Shown here in pieces: positions 1 through 9,095 of a DNA stretch of 37,420 nt; position 1 is the first letter of the stretch, and the number at the start of each line of letters is the position of its first letter. The DNA is taken from positions 1 through 37,420 of the IMG/VR virus record IMGVR_UViG_3300020045_010452; one strand, given 5' to 3'. Position numbers and translations under genes: made by a program. Under the pieces are notes generated by a model that saw nothing but the letters and a program-made list of their open reading frames with translations, did not search any database and was not told where the DNA came from. The stretch comes from a virus (Duplodnaviria; Caudoviricetes).

Positions 1-121
1 AAGAACCCCATCTACACTTGTCGTTTCAGGGTCAGCATCAGGATAAATAGGATCTAATGTCGAAAATCCAAAACTTAACTGAGGCACAAACCTATCTGCA
101 AAAAATTCATCCCAATAATGC
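1..121. repeat. Terminal direct repeat, left copy (circular assembly overlap)
   Basis: 1-121 is identical to 37300-37420, and a reading frame continues across the junction. Confidence 0.97.
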
Positions 122-534
122 ATCGCCCACCACATCGGCTTAAAAGCGTTATAGAGCATTTTGGAATAGTTCCAATCGGTGAAGAAGACGGTTTTTCGGG
201 CAGGCAAAAGTTTCATTTCTTCCTTGATTTTCCCTTGCCTCATTTTCCGTAAAATCATTTTGTAAATTCGGCGGTCTTTATGATTATTAGCAGGATTTTC
301 ACTAGCAGTTTTTATCAAGTCGGATTTCTTAAAGAATTGCAGTCCGGCATCGCAAGTGGCGTGATTATTTCCCACCTCAATTATCTTATTTCCTTTGAAG
401 TCATCTCGCTCCCCGCTTTTGAAAAACAAGGAAGGAAAGAATTTATAGACAAGATTAAAGACGAATAAAAGTATCCGCTGGTGTTTTTGAAACCAGTCGG
501 AAGTGAATGCGAGGTAGTGTAAATCTTTTTTCAT
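1..534 (-). CDS. 5' part of a junction-spanning virion/tail-associated protein (about 385 aa with 36676-37299)
   Basis: ATG at 534 (MKKDLHYLAFTSDWFQKHQR...WWAMHYWDEFFADRFVPQLSFGFST) is open to base 1 and in frame with ORF 36676..37386. Missing from the ORF track. Confidence 0.85.
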   Translation of the reverse strand, partial: MKKDLHYLAFTSDWFQKHQRILLFVFNLVYKFFPSLFFKSGERDDFKGNKIIEVGNNHATCDAGLQFFKKSDLIKTASENPANNHKDRRIYKMILRKMRQGKIKEEMKLLPARKTVFFTDWNYSKMLYNAFKPMWWAMHYWDEFFADRFVPQLSFGFSTLDPIYPDADPETTSVDGVL

Positions 535-538
535 AGTT

Positions 539-2440
539 TTAGCAATTTTGCCCGATTATAAATCCGTCGTATGTATCAGCGCCGGTCCGTATGAAGCCGA
601 AAGTATCTCTTTTATTTAGCGTCGCTGTAAGTGTTGGCGCTGATCCGCCAGCCCAGCGAACAGTTGCGAACCAAGCTGTTATCGTTGAAACAGTTGTGCC
701 TCCTTGCAGGATTGACACGATGAAAGGTTGCGAGCTTGTGGCATTGGCGACTGTGAAAGTTATCGCTGTCCCATCGGCGTGTCCGCTAACCACGTGGATA
801 TTGTTTACTGCGCAATCTAGCGCGACTGTTTGCGCGCCAGTGGCCGGGGCGTAAGTTTTACCCACTTCTGTCGTGCCTGCTTTTACTATTTTTCCGGTCA
901 TCGTTCCGCCTGATTTCAAAAGCATAGTTCCGAGTTGAGTCTGTATCGCACTGGTTACACCTTTGACATAAGCGAGTTCGGTCAAAGACGGGTAAGAAGC
1001 AACTGGAAGCGAAACTAGATTACCTGAGGCGTTTGTACCAACAATTTCAGAAGCTGTCAATCCATTTAAGGCAGTATATTCCGCCGAAGTAAGATGATAA
1101 AACTCATTGGAAGTTCCGCCTTGAAGTCCGACCATATCATTATGTAATGATGCTATCGGAGTGGAAAAATGCGAATTATGAACCGTGCCATTGTGAATAA
1201 ATGAAATTGTTATATTGCTTCCCGATGTAGTTTTGCCAAATAAAGCGATAGAGAGCTTATCGGTAGCGGCAATTGTAAATGCTGATTGAACGCATTCAGT
1301 TATTGTCGGACTTGTCGGGGCGACTGTGCCGTTTATTTCTCCTCCGGCGCAAGTGAATAAAAATCTGTGAACCGAATAAGCCGCTCCGCTTTCATTGGTG
1401 TATGTTGACAAGGTCGCTATCGTTACTTCGCTAGTTGAAGTATATCCGGTTATTTGGAATATTCCATTGGGTGTTTGCAGATAACCCGCCAAAGACGGAT
1501 CGGCGTTGTCGTCGGTGCTTAAAAATGGCGTTCCTCCCGTTATGGTTGCTGTTCTTGAAGTTCCAGTTCCTGTGATGGTCACAGTTCCCGCTCCAGCCAT
1601 AACTTTATAAATCGTTTTTGGCATTGTGGTTGTGCCACTTGTATTATCCACATAATTATAAGTAAAAAATTCCCATGCTCCAGCATCAATTTGAGTTAAT
1701 CCGAGAGCGGTATTATATAAATATATTTCCAGTAATTTTGGATATGTATCAGATGAACTGACGACTACAGTATCAATCTCTTCCGCTGTTGTTACCGGAG
1801 TTTTACCTATAGTATAAAGAGGAATAGTCTGCGGTCCGGCTCCAGCGGCGATTATTTCCGTATCATCATAAAAAAAATGCACTCCGGGACCGGAGGAAAC
1901 GCTTACTCCGATTCCATTATACCAGTTCGTTCCATTATATCTTAAAATCTGATCTAGTGCCGGTACTGCTATAATAACATCAGATAAATCATCCAAGGCC
2001 AAAGTTATATCCGAGCTTAAAGCTTTTCCCGCCACTGTTCTGGTGAGAGGAACATAAACCAAGTCATGATTATGCCCTGTCAAAGCATAGGTCGCCGAAA
2101 TATCTGGAATATCGGCGGCGATTATTGTCCCCCAAGACGGCGCGGCGGAGATTGTCCCGTTGCCGGTTTGTATTAAAAACTTTTTTGTCGTCGCAATATT
2201 TCCGGCCAGTCTTTCCCATTTTGGAGTAGAATTTCCGATTATGATATCCCCCAAAACGACAGTACCCACGACTGAATCATCGTGGGAAGCGGACAACATG
2301 CTATGAGCGGATGATGCGGCGGAAACTAAAAGCCGGTGAGTCACCGGATCAGCCCACAGCACCACTGGAGTTATTCCATCGGCGTTACTGACACCGAGCA
2401 GGGTTACTATCATATTTTTATCTCTCTTCGCTTCCGCCAT
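539..2440 (-). CDS. Tail fibre / receptor-binding protein
   Basis: 633 aa, rich in Thr/Gly/Ser. Fibre-like motifs (GHNHD, LDDLSDV, DQILRYNGTNW, KSGGTMTG) and a C-terminal VRWAGGSAPTLT...D tip-like domain. Confidence 0.75.
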   Translation of the reverse strand: MAEAKRDKNMIVTLLGVSNADGITPVVLWADPVTHRLLVSAASSAHSMLSASHDDSVVGTVVLGDIIIGNSTPKWERLAGNIATTKKFLIQTGNGTISAAPSWGTIIAADIPDISATYALTGHNHDLVYVPLTRTVAGKALSSDITLALDDLSDVIIAVPALDQILRYNGTNWYNGIGVSVSSGPGVHFFYDDTEIIAAGAGPQTIPLYTIGKTPVTTAEEIDTVVVSSSDTYPKLLEIYLYNTALGLTQIDAGAWEFFTYNYVDNTSGTTTMPKTIYKVMAGAGTVTITGTGTSRTATITGGTPFLSTDDNADPSLAGYLQTPNGIFQITGYTSTSEVTIATLSTYTNESGAAYSVHRFLFTCAGGEINGTVAPTSPTITECVQSAFTIAATDKLSIALFGKTTSGSNITISFIHNGTVHNSHFSTPIASLHNDMVGLQGGTSNEFYHLTSAEYTALNGLTASEIVGTNASGNLVSLPVASYPSLTELAYVKGVTSAIQTQLGTMLLKSGGTMTGKIVKAGTTEVGKTYAPATGAQTVALDCAVNNIHVVSGHADGTAITFTVANATSSQPFIVSILQGGTTVSTITAWFATVRWAGGSAPTLTATLNKRDTFGFIRTGADTYDGFIIGQNC

Positions 2441-2444
2441 AAAT

Positions 2445-2717
2445 TTATGTTGATTTTGTTAGTAATTCGCCGTCAGTATTAGCGTATAGTGGCACTGGCG
2501 TTGCCCCGTCGTCGCTGGAGGCTGCTAAAAGGGTTGTGACTACATTATCATCTCTTTCCGCCTCTTCCCCCGTTAAATCGCTTCCTGTGTCGCCGTCTGA
2601 GGTGCAGAGAGAGTGAGCGGAAGGTTCTGCCTTGATTTGTATCGGGGTTGAGCCGTCATCGCTGGATATTGCGAGTATTACCGGTATTTGGTTATTATCT
2701 CTTTTTGCGTTTGTCAT
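2445..2717 (-). CDS. Small virion protein built of two copies of the module found at the fibre N-terminus
   Basis: Internal repeat A(K/E)RDxN...L(A)xSSDDGxTP, also present in the first 40 aa of 539..2440. Confidence 0.7.
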   Translation of the reverse strand: MTNAKRDNNQIPVILAISSDDGSTPIQIKAEPSAHSLCTSDGDTGSDLTGEEAERDDNVVTTLLAASSDDGATPVPLYANTDGELLTKST

Positions 2718-3436
2718 ATTTTCAATCCTTTTTTACGATATTCTTCGACTGCCAGTTGCAATGACTTATATTTATCTGCAATTTCCCTGTCTTTATCTGT
2801 TTGTATTTTAGCATATTCTGCCAGTGCTGTCACTTGCGATTCGATAGCTTTTTCTCTGGTATTTATATGGGCTTCTTTTTCTAAATTTCCTTTTATTTTT
2901 TCATTCAGGTCATCTGTCGCTTTATAAAGTTCTACCCACTTGGCGCCTAGTTTTTCAGCGGAATTTTTGATTTCATTTTCGGCTTTGGCGATGCCTTCTT
3001 CCCGGCGATCAATCGCATCAGATTTTTCCTTATTCTTTTCTTCGCCGTCGATGATATCTTCGATTCTTTCCGCCAGATTTTCCCGCTCTGACGCAAGGAT
3101 TTCTCTATCAACGATAAGCTGATATTTTTCCTTTTGAATTTCTTTTTCTCTTTCTTTGAATTCATTTTGTTTTTCATCGATTGGCTTCAAAGATTCTTCC
3201 TTTCTTTTTTCCAAGTATTCCACCTCTTGGGCCAGGATACTTTTTTTTACCGGCAAGTCCGCTTCATTTTTGGCTTGCTCCGCTCTTTTCTTTTGCTCTT
3301 TTTCTTCGGTTCTTAGCGAATTTACACTATTCACCAGTTTTAATTCTTCGGAGGCAAGCTTTTGCGTTCGGAGGTGAGCCTCTTCGATTGTGTCCGATTT
3401 TTCCTGCCGTATTTCTTTGGGATCAAGAAGTTTCAT
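2714..3436 (-). CDS. Coiled-coil hypothetical protein
   Basis: E/K-rich helical sequence. Start moved to MKLLDPK (3436) to avoid overlap with the upstream gene; its stop overlaps the next ATG (ATGA). Confidence 0.75.
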   Translation of the reverse strand: MKLLDPKEIRQEKSDTIEEAHLRTQKLASEELKLVNSVNSLRTEEKEQKKRAEQAKNEADLPVKKSILAQEVEYLEKRKEESLKPIDEKQNEFKEREKEIQKEKYQLIVDREILASERENLAERIEDIIDGEEKNKEKSDAIDRREEGIAKAENEIKNSAEKLGAKWVELYKATDDLNEKIKGNLEKEAHINTREKAIESQVTALAEYAKIQTDKDREIADKYKSLQLAVEEYRKKGLKI

Positions 3437-3447
3437 TTTTTTTATAA

Positions 3448-3903
3448 TTATGCAGCTACTACATTTCCATCTATCGAAATCGGTGACCACACACAGTAAT
3501 ATGTCAAAGAACCGGCTGTTAGAGCAGTCGATCCAATGGTTTGAATTATGTCTTGGCCATTTCCAATTATCAGTCCGCTGGGCATCGCTTCCACTTTTGT
3601 GGTTGGAGTAGCGTCGACGTAAATCTCGTCGGTGGCAAGATCAGTGGCGTTGGCGATTTGAGCTAGTATTATGGCAGTCGCTCCGGATATACCCACTTCG
3701 AGAGTGGCCGCTCCTTCGAGTGTTAATCCACAGACACCAAATACTCTGGCAAGAACGCATCCAGTCACCGTAAAGAGGGTAGTGGCTCCGGTGGCTCCGG
3801 TAGTTCCGGCAACATAAGTGATTGCCTTTGATTCGATAAGTCCTTCGGTGGTTATAGGTACCCCGTTGGCATCGCGCTTAAATGCTCCGAGTATTTGGGT
3901 CAT
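3448..3903 (-). CDS. Hypothetical virion structural protein (beta-rich)
   Basis: 151 aa, T/G/A-rich, in the structural cluster; begins with KRDANGVP. Confidence 0.7.
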   Translation of the reverse strand: MTQILGAFKRDANGVPITTEGLIESKAITYVAGTTGATGATTLFTVTGCVLARVFGVCGLTLEGAATLEVGISGATAIILAQIANATDLATDEIYVDATPTTKVEAMPSGLIIGNGQDIIQTIGSTALTAGSLTYYCVWSPISIDGNVVAA

Positions 3904-3923
3904 AGATTTTTATATTTAAATGT

Positions 3924-4370
3924 TTATTTTTTATCAGGAACAAAATCGTCATCCTCGTCAATCGCTTCGCCGACTACTTGAGGTGCAGATCCTGGACCGA
4001 CCGATGGCTGGGAATGAGAGTCATAAGGGTCAATAGGAACACGAGGTGAAACTTTTATTTCCATCGATGGGACATCGCTTTCAATCTCTCCGCCCGGAAC
4101 GTCAAGATTATCTTCATCGGGTATTACTTCCACTAGAAGAGCTTTGTTGAATATCTCCATGAAGACGGGGACTTCATTAGGTTTTTTTGGCGAGCAGAAT
4201 GTTTCTTGATTTGATTCCGTCAGAATCTGATTAGTTAAGTGTTTTGCAAAATGTTCGGCAATTCCTTTTATATAATATTTTTTTACTCCCGGCTTGAAAG
4301 TATAGGCTTTGCCGTTCCAGTATCCAGTGAATGCTTTGTTTGTAAAATTGTGAAAGAGATATTTATTCAT
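3924..4370 (-). CDS. Hypothetical head-associated protein
   Basis: Likely start MNKYLFHNFTN at 4370; the upstream extension in the ORF track runs through hairpin-forming DNA. Acidic C-terminus. Confidence 0.7.
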   Translation of the reverse strand: MNKYLFHNFTNKAFTGYWNGKAYTFKPGVKKYYIKGIAEHFAKHLTNQILTESNQETFCSPKKPNEVPVFMEIFNKALLVEVIPDEDNLDVPGGEIESDVPSMEIKVSPRVPIDPYDSHSQPSVGPGSAPQVVGEAIDEDDDFVPDKK

Positions 4371-4379
4371 ATGTTTTGT

Positions 4380-4510
4380 ACCGTTCGGAGCGCGCGGTGT
4401 TTTTTTACTCCGGGTGAAGGCGCGATGTTTCCTTCGTTTTTTATAAGCATCGTCTTTTTTTTCCGGCCTCATCTCCAGCCCCAAAAATAGGGGCAAGAGT
4501 GAAGCCAGAA
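4380..4510 (-). promoter_or_regulatory. Intergenic multi-hairpin RNA element
   Basis: Minus strand TTCTGGCTTCACTCT..GCCCC/GGGGC..GGAGATGAGGCCGGAA long stem with G-U pairs, followed by CGATG/CATCG and CGGAG/CTCCG stems. Confidence 0.55.
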
Positions 4511-4519
4511 GGTTTGTTT

Positions 4520-5260
4520 CTAGTGAAGTGTCAGGTATATCAAGGAGTATTCTCCGCTGATTCCCGTTGCCATGTGGTAACCAATTATATTAGTTGCCGC
4601 AATCGCCGGGGCAGCTGAACCTGCTGTGCCACCAGTCAATGAACCGACTGCTTTTCCAGCGACTCCGGTTCCAGTGAACAATACTGAGGCTGGGCCATAG
4701 GTCTGAAGCCATCCGTAGTATGCTGCCGTTGTCACTCTAGGAGCGACACCGACGATTACTCCGGTTGGAGTTCCCGGCTCGACTACAATCCCATTGTAAG
4801 GATGTTTCGCTACAATGAAATTTGAAGCAGTTGTGATTGCAATTTGCAATGGGTCTGCTAAGGTGATCACCGCTCCGGCAGCCGATGTGACTGCTGTATT
4901 ACCTTCAATCTTATATACGTATCCTTGTCCGGGAGTTACGCATACTGAAAGGTATCCGCCTGCCAGCTGATTGGCTGTCAAGGTGATACTATCGGATACC
5001 GTGATTACGGTTCCGCCAATTGCTACGTTTGCCGACGGAGTTAAACCGCCGGAAGGTTGAAGATTTGTGGCATCGAGCGCGGAGCTCTGATACACTTTCC
5101 CTGCAACAGTGGCTGTTACGCCAACCTTCGAGTATCGAAAGCCACGGCCGTCAGCCGTTTCGACGTAAGCGCCGACTGTGTGCAAAGCGTTTGCGGACTC
5201 TTCCCAAATGCCTTGAGCGGCAATTGTGACTGGCCCGGTTAAGACTGATTGATTGCTCAT
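4520..5260 (-). CDS. Capsid decoration / cement-like protein
   Basis: 246 aa downstream of the capsid gene; motifs ADGRGFRY and YYGWLQTYGPA resemble phage head decoration proteins. Confidence 0.55.
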   Translation of the reverse strand: MSNQSVLTGPVTIAAQGIWEESANALHTVGAYVETADGRGFRYSKVGVTATVAGKVYQSSALDATNLQPSGGLTPSANVAIGGTVITVSDSITLTANQLAGGYLSVCVTPGQGYVYKIEGNTAVTSAAGAVITLADPLQIAITTASNFIVAKHPYNGIVVEPGTPTGVIVGVAPRVTTAAYYGWLQTYGPASVLFTGTGVAGKAVGSLTGGTAGSAAPAIAATNIIGYHMATGISGEYSLIYLTLH

Positions 5261-5294
5261 AAGTTTTAAGTGTTTAGTTTTTTAAATGAGGATT

Positions 5295-6326
5295 TTATGC
5301 TTCGCGAACTATCAAACCAGCGTCTGAATAGTTATGGACAATACCTACTGTCGTAGGAATTTTTGCCGCAACTTTTGCGACTCCAAATCCTGTAGTAGTG
5401 TATGATCCGGCAAAGTAGTTGTTGGAAAAAATTCCAGTGCATCCGGTCAAGTCCGCATAACGAACGATTGAACCAGATCCCAAAGCTGGAAGAACTCCTG
5501 CGAATACGTTGTTGTTAACTACTACGTTCGCCATTCCTGAACCACCTGCAAGGTAGATGTGGCAATCGACTGTTGCCGCAGTTCCCATGAAGGTATTATC
5601 TTCGATTACAACATCTTGCGGAACGCTGACACTAGTTCCTTTTAGAACAATATCGCCAACATTCTTATAGAAATCATTACCGGAGATAAGTGTTTGCCAT
5701 GCTCCTCCATCCGCTGTCCACATGATTGCTCCGCCAGTTCTGCTGTCGGTGGCTGTCGTGCCTTTGCAATTCTTAAAGTGGCACCCGGCGATAGTTGTGC
5801 CGAATACTGCGGTAGTAGTACCACCGTCATCATCAAGCAAGATTCCGCCTCCGGTTGCACCGGCGCCATTGAATCCTATTCCTGTAATTAAACATCCGGC
5901 CGCTTGGATTGTAAGCAATGGAGAGGTTGTGGTTGATCCGATTTTCAACTGAGGAAGTCCGCCTTGGGTTCGGCCTCTGCTGATTCCCTGGATAGTAAGA
6001 TTGCTTTTACCGTCCGGGATTGTCAAGGCTTCCGTGTAACTTACTGGGTCGGTTGCCGTTCCGCCTGCGCCTGTACCGGCTGCTGCCGATATCAAGGTTT
6101 TTTCTGCTACCTGAATCAAATCTCCTGCTGATGACGCATTGATTGCGGCTTGGATAGTTGCGTATGCATCATCAAAGGTTGAGCCTGCTCCGCCAGATGA
6201 CATATCGCCATCGACGAAGAGAACTTTACCGTTCGACAATGGAGCGTTCATCCCGGCGACTTCGCTAGGATATACTTTCGCTCCGTATTTTAATGCTGGT
6301 ATGTAATCTCTTAATCTTGCACTCAT
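5295..6326 (-). CDS. Parallel beta-helix (pectin-lyase-like) virion protein
   Basis: VLFVDG...AYATIQAAINASSAGDLIQV start and repeated ISGNDF/IEDNTF/VNNNVF coils. Confidence 0.7.
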   Translation of the reverse strand: MSARLRDYIPALKYGAKVYPSEVAGMNAPLSNGKVLFVDGDMSSGGAGSTFDDAYATIQAAINASSAGDLIQVAEKTLISAAAGTGAGGTATDPVSYTEALTIPDGKSNLTIQGISRGRTQGGLPQLKIGSTTTSPLLTIQAAGCLITGIGFNGAGATGGGILLDDDGGTTTAVFGTTIAGCHFKNCKGTTATDSRTGGAIMWTADGGAWQTLISGNDFYKNVGDIVLKGTSVSVPQDVVIEDNTFMGTAATVDCHIYLAGGSGMANVVVNNNVFAGVLPALGSGSIVRYADLTGCTGIFSNNYFAGSYTTTGFGVAKVAAKIPTTVGIVHNYSDAGLIVREA

Positions 6327-6337
6327 GTTTTTGTAAT

Positions 6338-6391
6338 TTAACCCTCTCCCGAAGCCGGTTGTTTTAAGACCGGCCCGGGGTCAAAGGATAA
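6338..6391 (-). promoter_or_regulatory. Long hairpin upstream of the beta-helix gene
   Basis: Nested stems TATCCTTT/AGAGGGT, CCCGG/TTCGGG and GCCGGT/ACCGGC; no U-tract. Confidence 0.5.
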
Positions 6392-6400
6392 ACTTGTTTT

Positions 6401-6976
6401 TTAACTTAACTTTTTATTACCGTAAGTTTCAGTCTTACGATGACATTTATTACACAATGTTCGTCCGTTATCTACAGAGAATCGCAATTCTGGATAATAA
6501 GCAAAAGGTGCAATATGGTCTGCTTCAATTTTTTCTTTTGATCCGCATTGGATACATTTGTATTTATCCCGTTTAAATACAGCTTTCTTCCATTTTTTCA
6601 TTTCGCATGAACTTCTTATTCTAAGATGTATCGGGGTTACTCCACCTCTCCATCCGTGGCTATTTTTTCCTTTCACATCACCGAGTATCAATGTCTTAAT
6701 AACTTTTGCACGATGTTCAGGAGATAACTTTTTACCAAGATGTTTCTTGCGAATCTTTTCTTTTGTTTCTTCCGATAAAATTGCACCCAATCTTGTTTTT
6801 AATCCTTTTGTAGAAAATGGCCTTGCTTTAATTCCGAATCTTTGTAGATAACGGCTTACTTGTCTAATAGACTTATTGATTTCCCTTGATATATCAAGAC
6901 ACGACTTGTGTTCTTTGATATAAAGTTTTTTCAATAAATTTTTTGTTATGTGTCTGGGTATTGTTTTCATACCCAT
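6401..6976 (-). CDS. Free-standing HNH homing endonuclease with NUMOD3-like motifs
   Basis: RDKYKCIQCG..EADHI..DNGRTLCNKCH HNH/Zn motif; SEETKEKIRKKHLGKKLS NUMOD3-like segment; N-terminal HTH-like region. Confidence 0.9.
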   Translation of the reverse strand: MGMKTIPRHITKNLLKKLYIKEHKSCLDISREINKSIRQVSRYLQRFGIKARPFSTKGLKTRLGAILSEETKEKIRKKHLGKKLSPEHRAKVIKTLILGDVKGKNSHGWRGGVTPIHLRIRSSCEMKKWKKAVFKRDKYKCIQCGSKEKIEADHIAPFAYYPELRFSVDNGRTLCNKCHRKTETYGNKKLS

Positions 6977-7004
6977 ATTTTACGCCTAACAAGCTAAATG
7001 TCAA
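6977..7004 (-). promoter_or_regulatory. Sigma70-like promoter of the HNH gene, probably leaderless
   Basis: TTGACA-N16-TAAAAT, with an in-frame ATG (6970) 6 nt after the -10. Confidence 0.6.
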
Positions 7005-7020
7005 GGTAAATTGACTAACT

Positions 7021-8040
7021 TTAACTGCCAGTAATAGAGGTTAACTTGCCATGCCTTTTCGGATTCCGTGTAATGAACTGTCCGCCGAAGTAGATGTGGC
7101 CGACAACTCCGGCAGCGTTGGCTGGGATAATCCAGTCGCTCCAAGAGAAGCCTAAACCGATCGGCGCTTCGTAGTCATTCCCTTCGACTTGGGATTTGTA
7201 AGCGACCGATTTGGCGAATTCGTATGGAAGCGCATAGAAGTCCATATCATCTTCTCTGACTGCGATTAAAGCGCCCGAGGTGCATTTCTCATCCATCAAG
7301 ACCGGCTTGCCGTTGTAGGACAAAGCGGTGAATCCTGTACCGGCTGATAATCCTTTCATCAAAGAAGCGTCTTTGGTGATTCTTTCTTGCGGTCTTAACA
7401 ATTGGCCGTAGAAATTGAAGATTGCTTCAGTGGTATAGAATGCTGTCGGTTTTTGAGCTCCGGATGCCGTATTGATCCAAAGGGTATCAATTTTAGCAAG
7501 AGTCAAAGTTCCGCCGGATGCGGTAACAGTTCCGGCTAATGTCGGATAGGTTGCCCGAGATAATCCACCGATAGAAGCGACGGAGTTGCCGTCATCGACT
7601 AAGGCTGCAAGACCCAATGGGTCTTTACTGCCGTTTCCAGTCCCATCCGCGTAGAAGATTGTGCCAAGGTCATCGGCCATATCTTCGGTGTCGGATTGAA
7701 TTGTGAGTTTCATCATGTCGAGGATTTTTGCATCGGTATCGGCAACTGACAACTCATCACCCGGCAAGGCGCAGGTGATCTGATAGAAGCTTGGAGTAAA
7801 CTCCATGAACTGGCGATTATCAGTGGCGGCTACCGAGAAGGTATCCAATCCTCTGAAAGATTGTCCAGTGCTATTTTTTGCGGTCTTTACAGGCACGCGC
7901 AATGTTCGTCCACTCCATTTTTTAGCAGCGCGAACGACACGCTGAAACATAACATTTGAGCCAAGGATAGTATCGACTACATATGGCAAATATTCATTTT
8001 GCACCGTAGTCTGTACTCTTTGACCATATAATTCACTCAT
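7021..8040 (-). CDS. Major capsid protein (HK97 fold)
   Basis: 339 aa directly after the scaffold; motifs typical of HK97-type coats (FYADGTGNGSKDPLGLAALVDD, SYNGKPVLMDEKC, NPKRHGKLT). Confidence 0.85.
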   Translation of the reverse strand: MSELYGQRVQTTVQNEYLPYVVDTILGSNVMFQRVVRAAKKWSGRTLRVPVKTAKNSTGQSFRGLDTFSVAATDNRQFMEFTPSFYQITCALPGDELSVADTDAKILDMMKLTIQSDTEDMADDLGTIFYADGTGNGSKDPLGLAALVDDGNSVASIGGLSRATYPTLAGTVTASGGTLTLAKIDTLWINTASGAQKPTAFYTTEAIFNFYGQLLRPQERITKDASLMKGLSAGTGFTALSYNGKPVLMDEKCTSGALIAVREDDMDFYALPYEFAKSVAYKSQVEGNDYEAPIGLGFSWSDWIIPANAAGVVGHIYFGGQFITRNPKRHGKLTSITGS

Positions 8041-8105
8041 GATTTTTGGTGTTTAATTTTTAAATGATGATTTGAGTATTTAAAAATTCCACCTTTTTTC
8101 CGATT

Positions 8106-8852
8106 CTACCAAGGTCTATTTTTTTTGAAGTCATTACTAGTTTTAAAGGCTGTAGGTTTTGACTCTCCTTTGGATTCGGAGGTGGTTGCCCCCGCAATGA
8201 ATTTCTTATCACCGGTCTTTGGTGATGAAGTACTGGCTTGCTTCATGATCTTGAAGCCGGCCCGGTAGTTCCATCGTCCTTTGGAATCGATGAGGTCGTT
8301 ATCCATTACGATTTTTAAGAGCTTGTTCGGATCAATCTTTTTTCCATCCGGGTTTAGGGTTTTGTCGCTTTCTATTGAAGTGACTTCACCTTGCATATAT
8401 TCCGTTGCATCATCTATCGCTTTTTGCTCTGCTGATTTTGCGGAGTTAACACGTTCATAAGCGCGTTCCTCTGCAGTTTTTATTTCAGCATCGCGATCGG
8501 CGCGATATGCATCCCATTGTTCTTGATTGCCTCCGAACCATGAAGGGATTTTGACTTCTCCGGCATTGTCCTTTTTGGCCGTGCCGAATTCTTCACGCAT
8601 CTTCTTCAAGTCATCCTGATGGCGCATTTCCTGCTCGTTGAATCTTTTATCCCATTCTGTTTCGCGTTCTTTCCATCGTGGATGTTGGTGAAACGGTTTA
8701 TCTTTATCGGGGTCATCCTCTTTTTTATCAAGCTGGTCGGAAGCTCCAGCATCATCCGCTTCGTTTGTTTTATCTGGCGAGGATTCAGAGTTTTCGTTCT
8801 CTGATTCGAGGTTTTCTTTTTCCTCGACGTCTGCCATAATTTCATCTGCCAT
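8106..8852 (-). CDS. Capsid scaffolding protein
   Basis: Acidic disordered N-terminus, PFHQHPRW motif, coiled coil; lies between portal and capsid genes. Confidence 0.75.
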   Translation of the reverse strand: MADEIMADVEEKENLESENENSESSPDKTNEADDAGASDQLDKKEDDPDKDKPFHQHPRWKERETEWDKRFNEQEMRHQDDLKKMREEFGTAKKDNAGEVKIPSWFGGNQEQWDAYRADRDAEIKTAEERAYERVNSAKSAEQKAIDDATEYMQGEVTSIESDKTLNPDGKKIDPNKLLKIVMDNDLIDSKGRWNYRAGFKIMKQASTSSPKTGDKKFIAGATTSESKGESKPTAFKTSNDFKKNRPW

Positions 8853-8859
8853 AATATTG

Positions 8860-8896
8860 CGATCTACATTTTTGTTGCACCGTAGAACGAGAGTGC
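8860..8896 (-). promoter_or_regulatory. H-type pseudoknot just upstream of the scaffold ATG
   Basis: Stem 1 GCACT/GGTGC; loop CGTTCTAC pairs 7/8 with downstream GTAGATCG across an A-rich linker. Confidence 0.55.
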
Positions 8897-8909
8897 GTTA
8901 ATTTATTTA

Positions 8910-8937
8910 ATTATATCACTTTACTATTTTTTGACAA
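8910..8937 (-). promoter_or_regulatory. Putative promoter for scaffold/capsid genes
   Basis: TTGTCA-N16-TATAAT with an extended -10 TG. Confidence 0.5.
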
Positions 8938-9091
8938 TGTGCTTTATTTTTTTAGTGTTCGGCACTGCCATTTTTTTCTTGGCGTGTTCTGGAAGTGATG
9001 CCATATTCTTAGTGGCGTGGGCAAACTCTTTTGCGATTTTTGGATTTTTCATAAATATATATCTTGCTTGAGATTTTGATTTAAATGGCAT
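8924..9091 (-). CDS. Small basic phage protein (55 aa, MPFKSKSQARYIF...AKEFA...LPEH)
   Basis: Translated by hand; fills the gap between neighbours; resembles a small-protein type often seen near portal genes. Confidence 0.7.
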   Translation of the reverse strand: MPFKSKSQARYIFMKNPKIAKEFAHATKNMASLPEHAKKKMAVPNTKKIKHIVKK

Positions 9092-9095
9092 ATAT

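Noticed and set aside
1-121. 121-bp repeat as a biological terminal repeat
   Set aside because: It falls mid-gene and has a length typical of an assembler k-mer overlap, so it indicates circularity only.
539-2440. Diversity-generating retroelement acting on the fibre
   Set aside because: No reverse transcriptase and no TR/VR near-duplicate was seen.
6401-7020. Group I intron in the capsid gene
   Set aside because: The capsid ORF ends normally and there is no room for an intron core around the HNH ORF.
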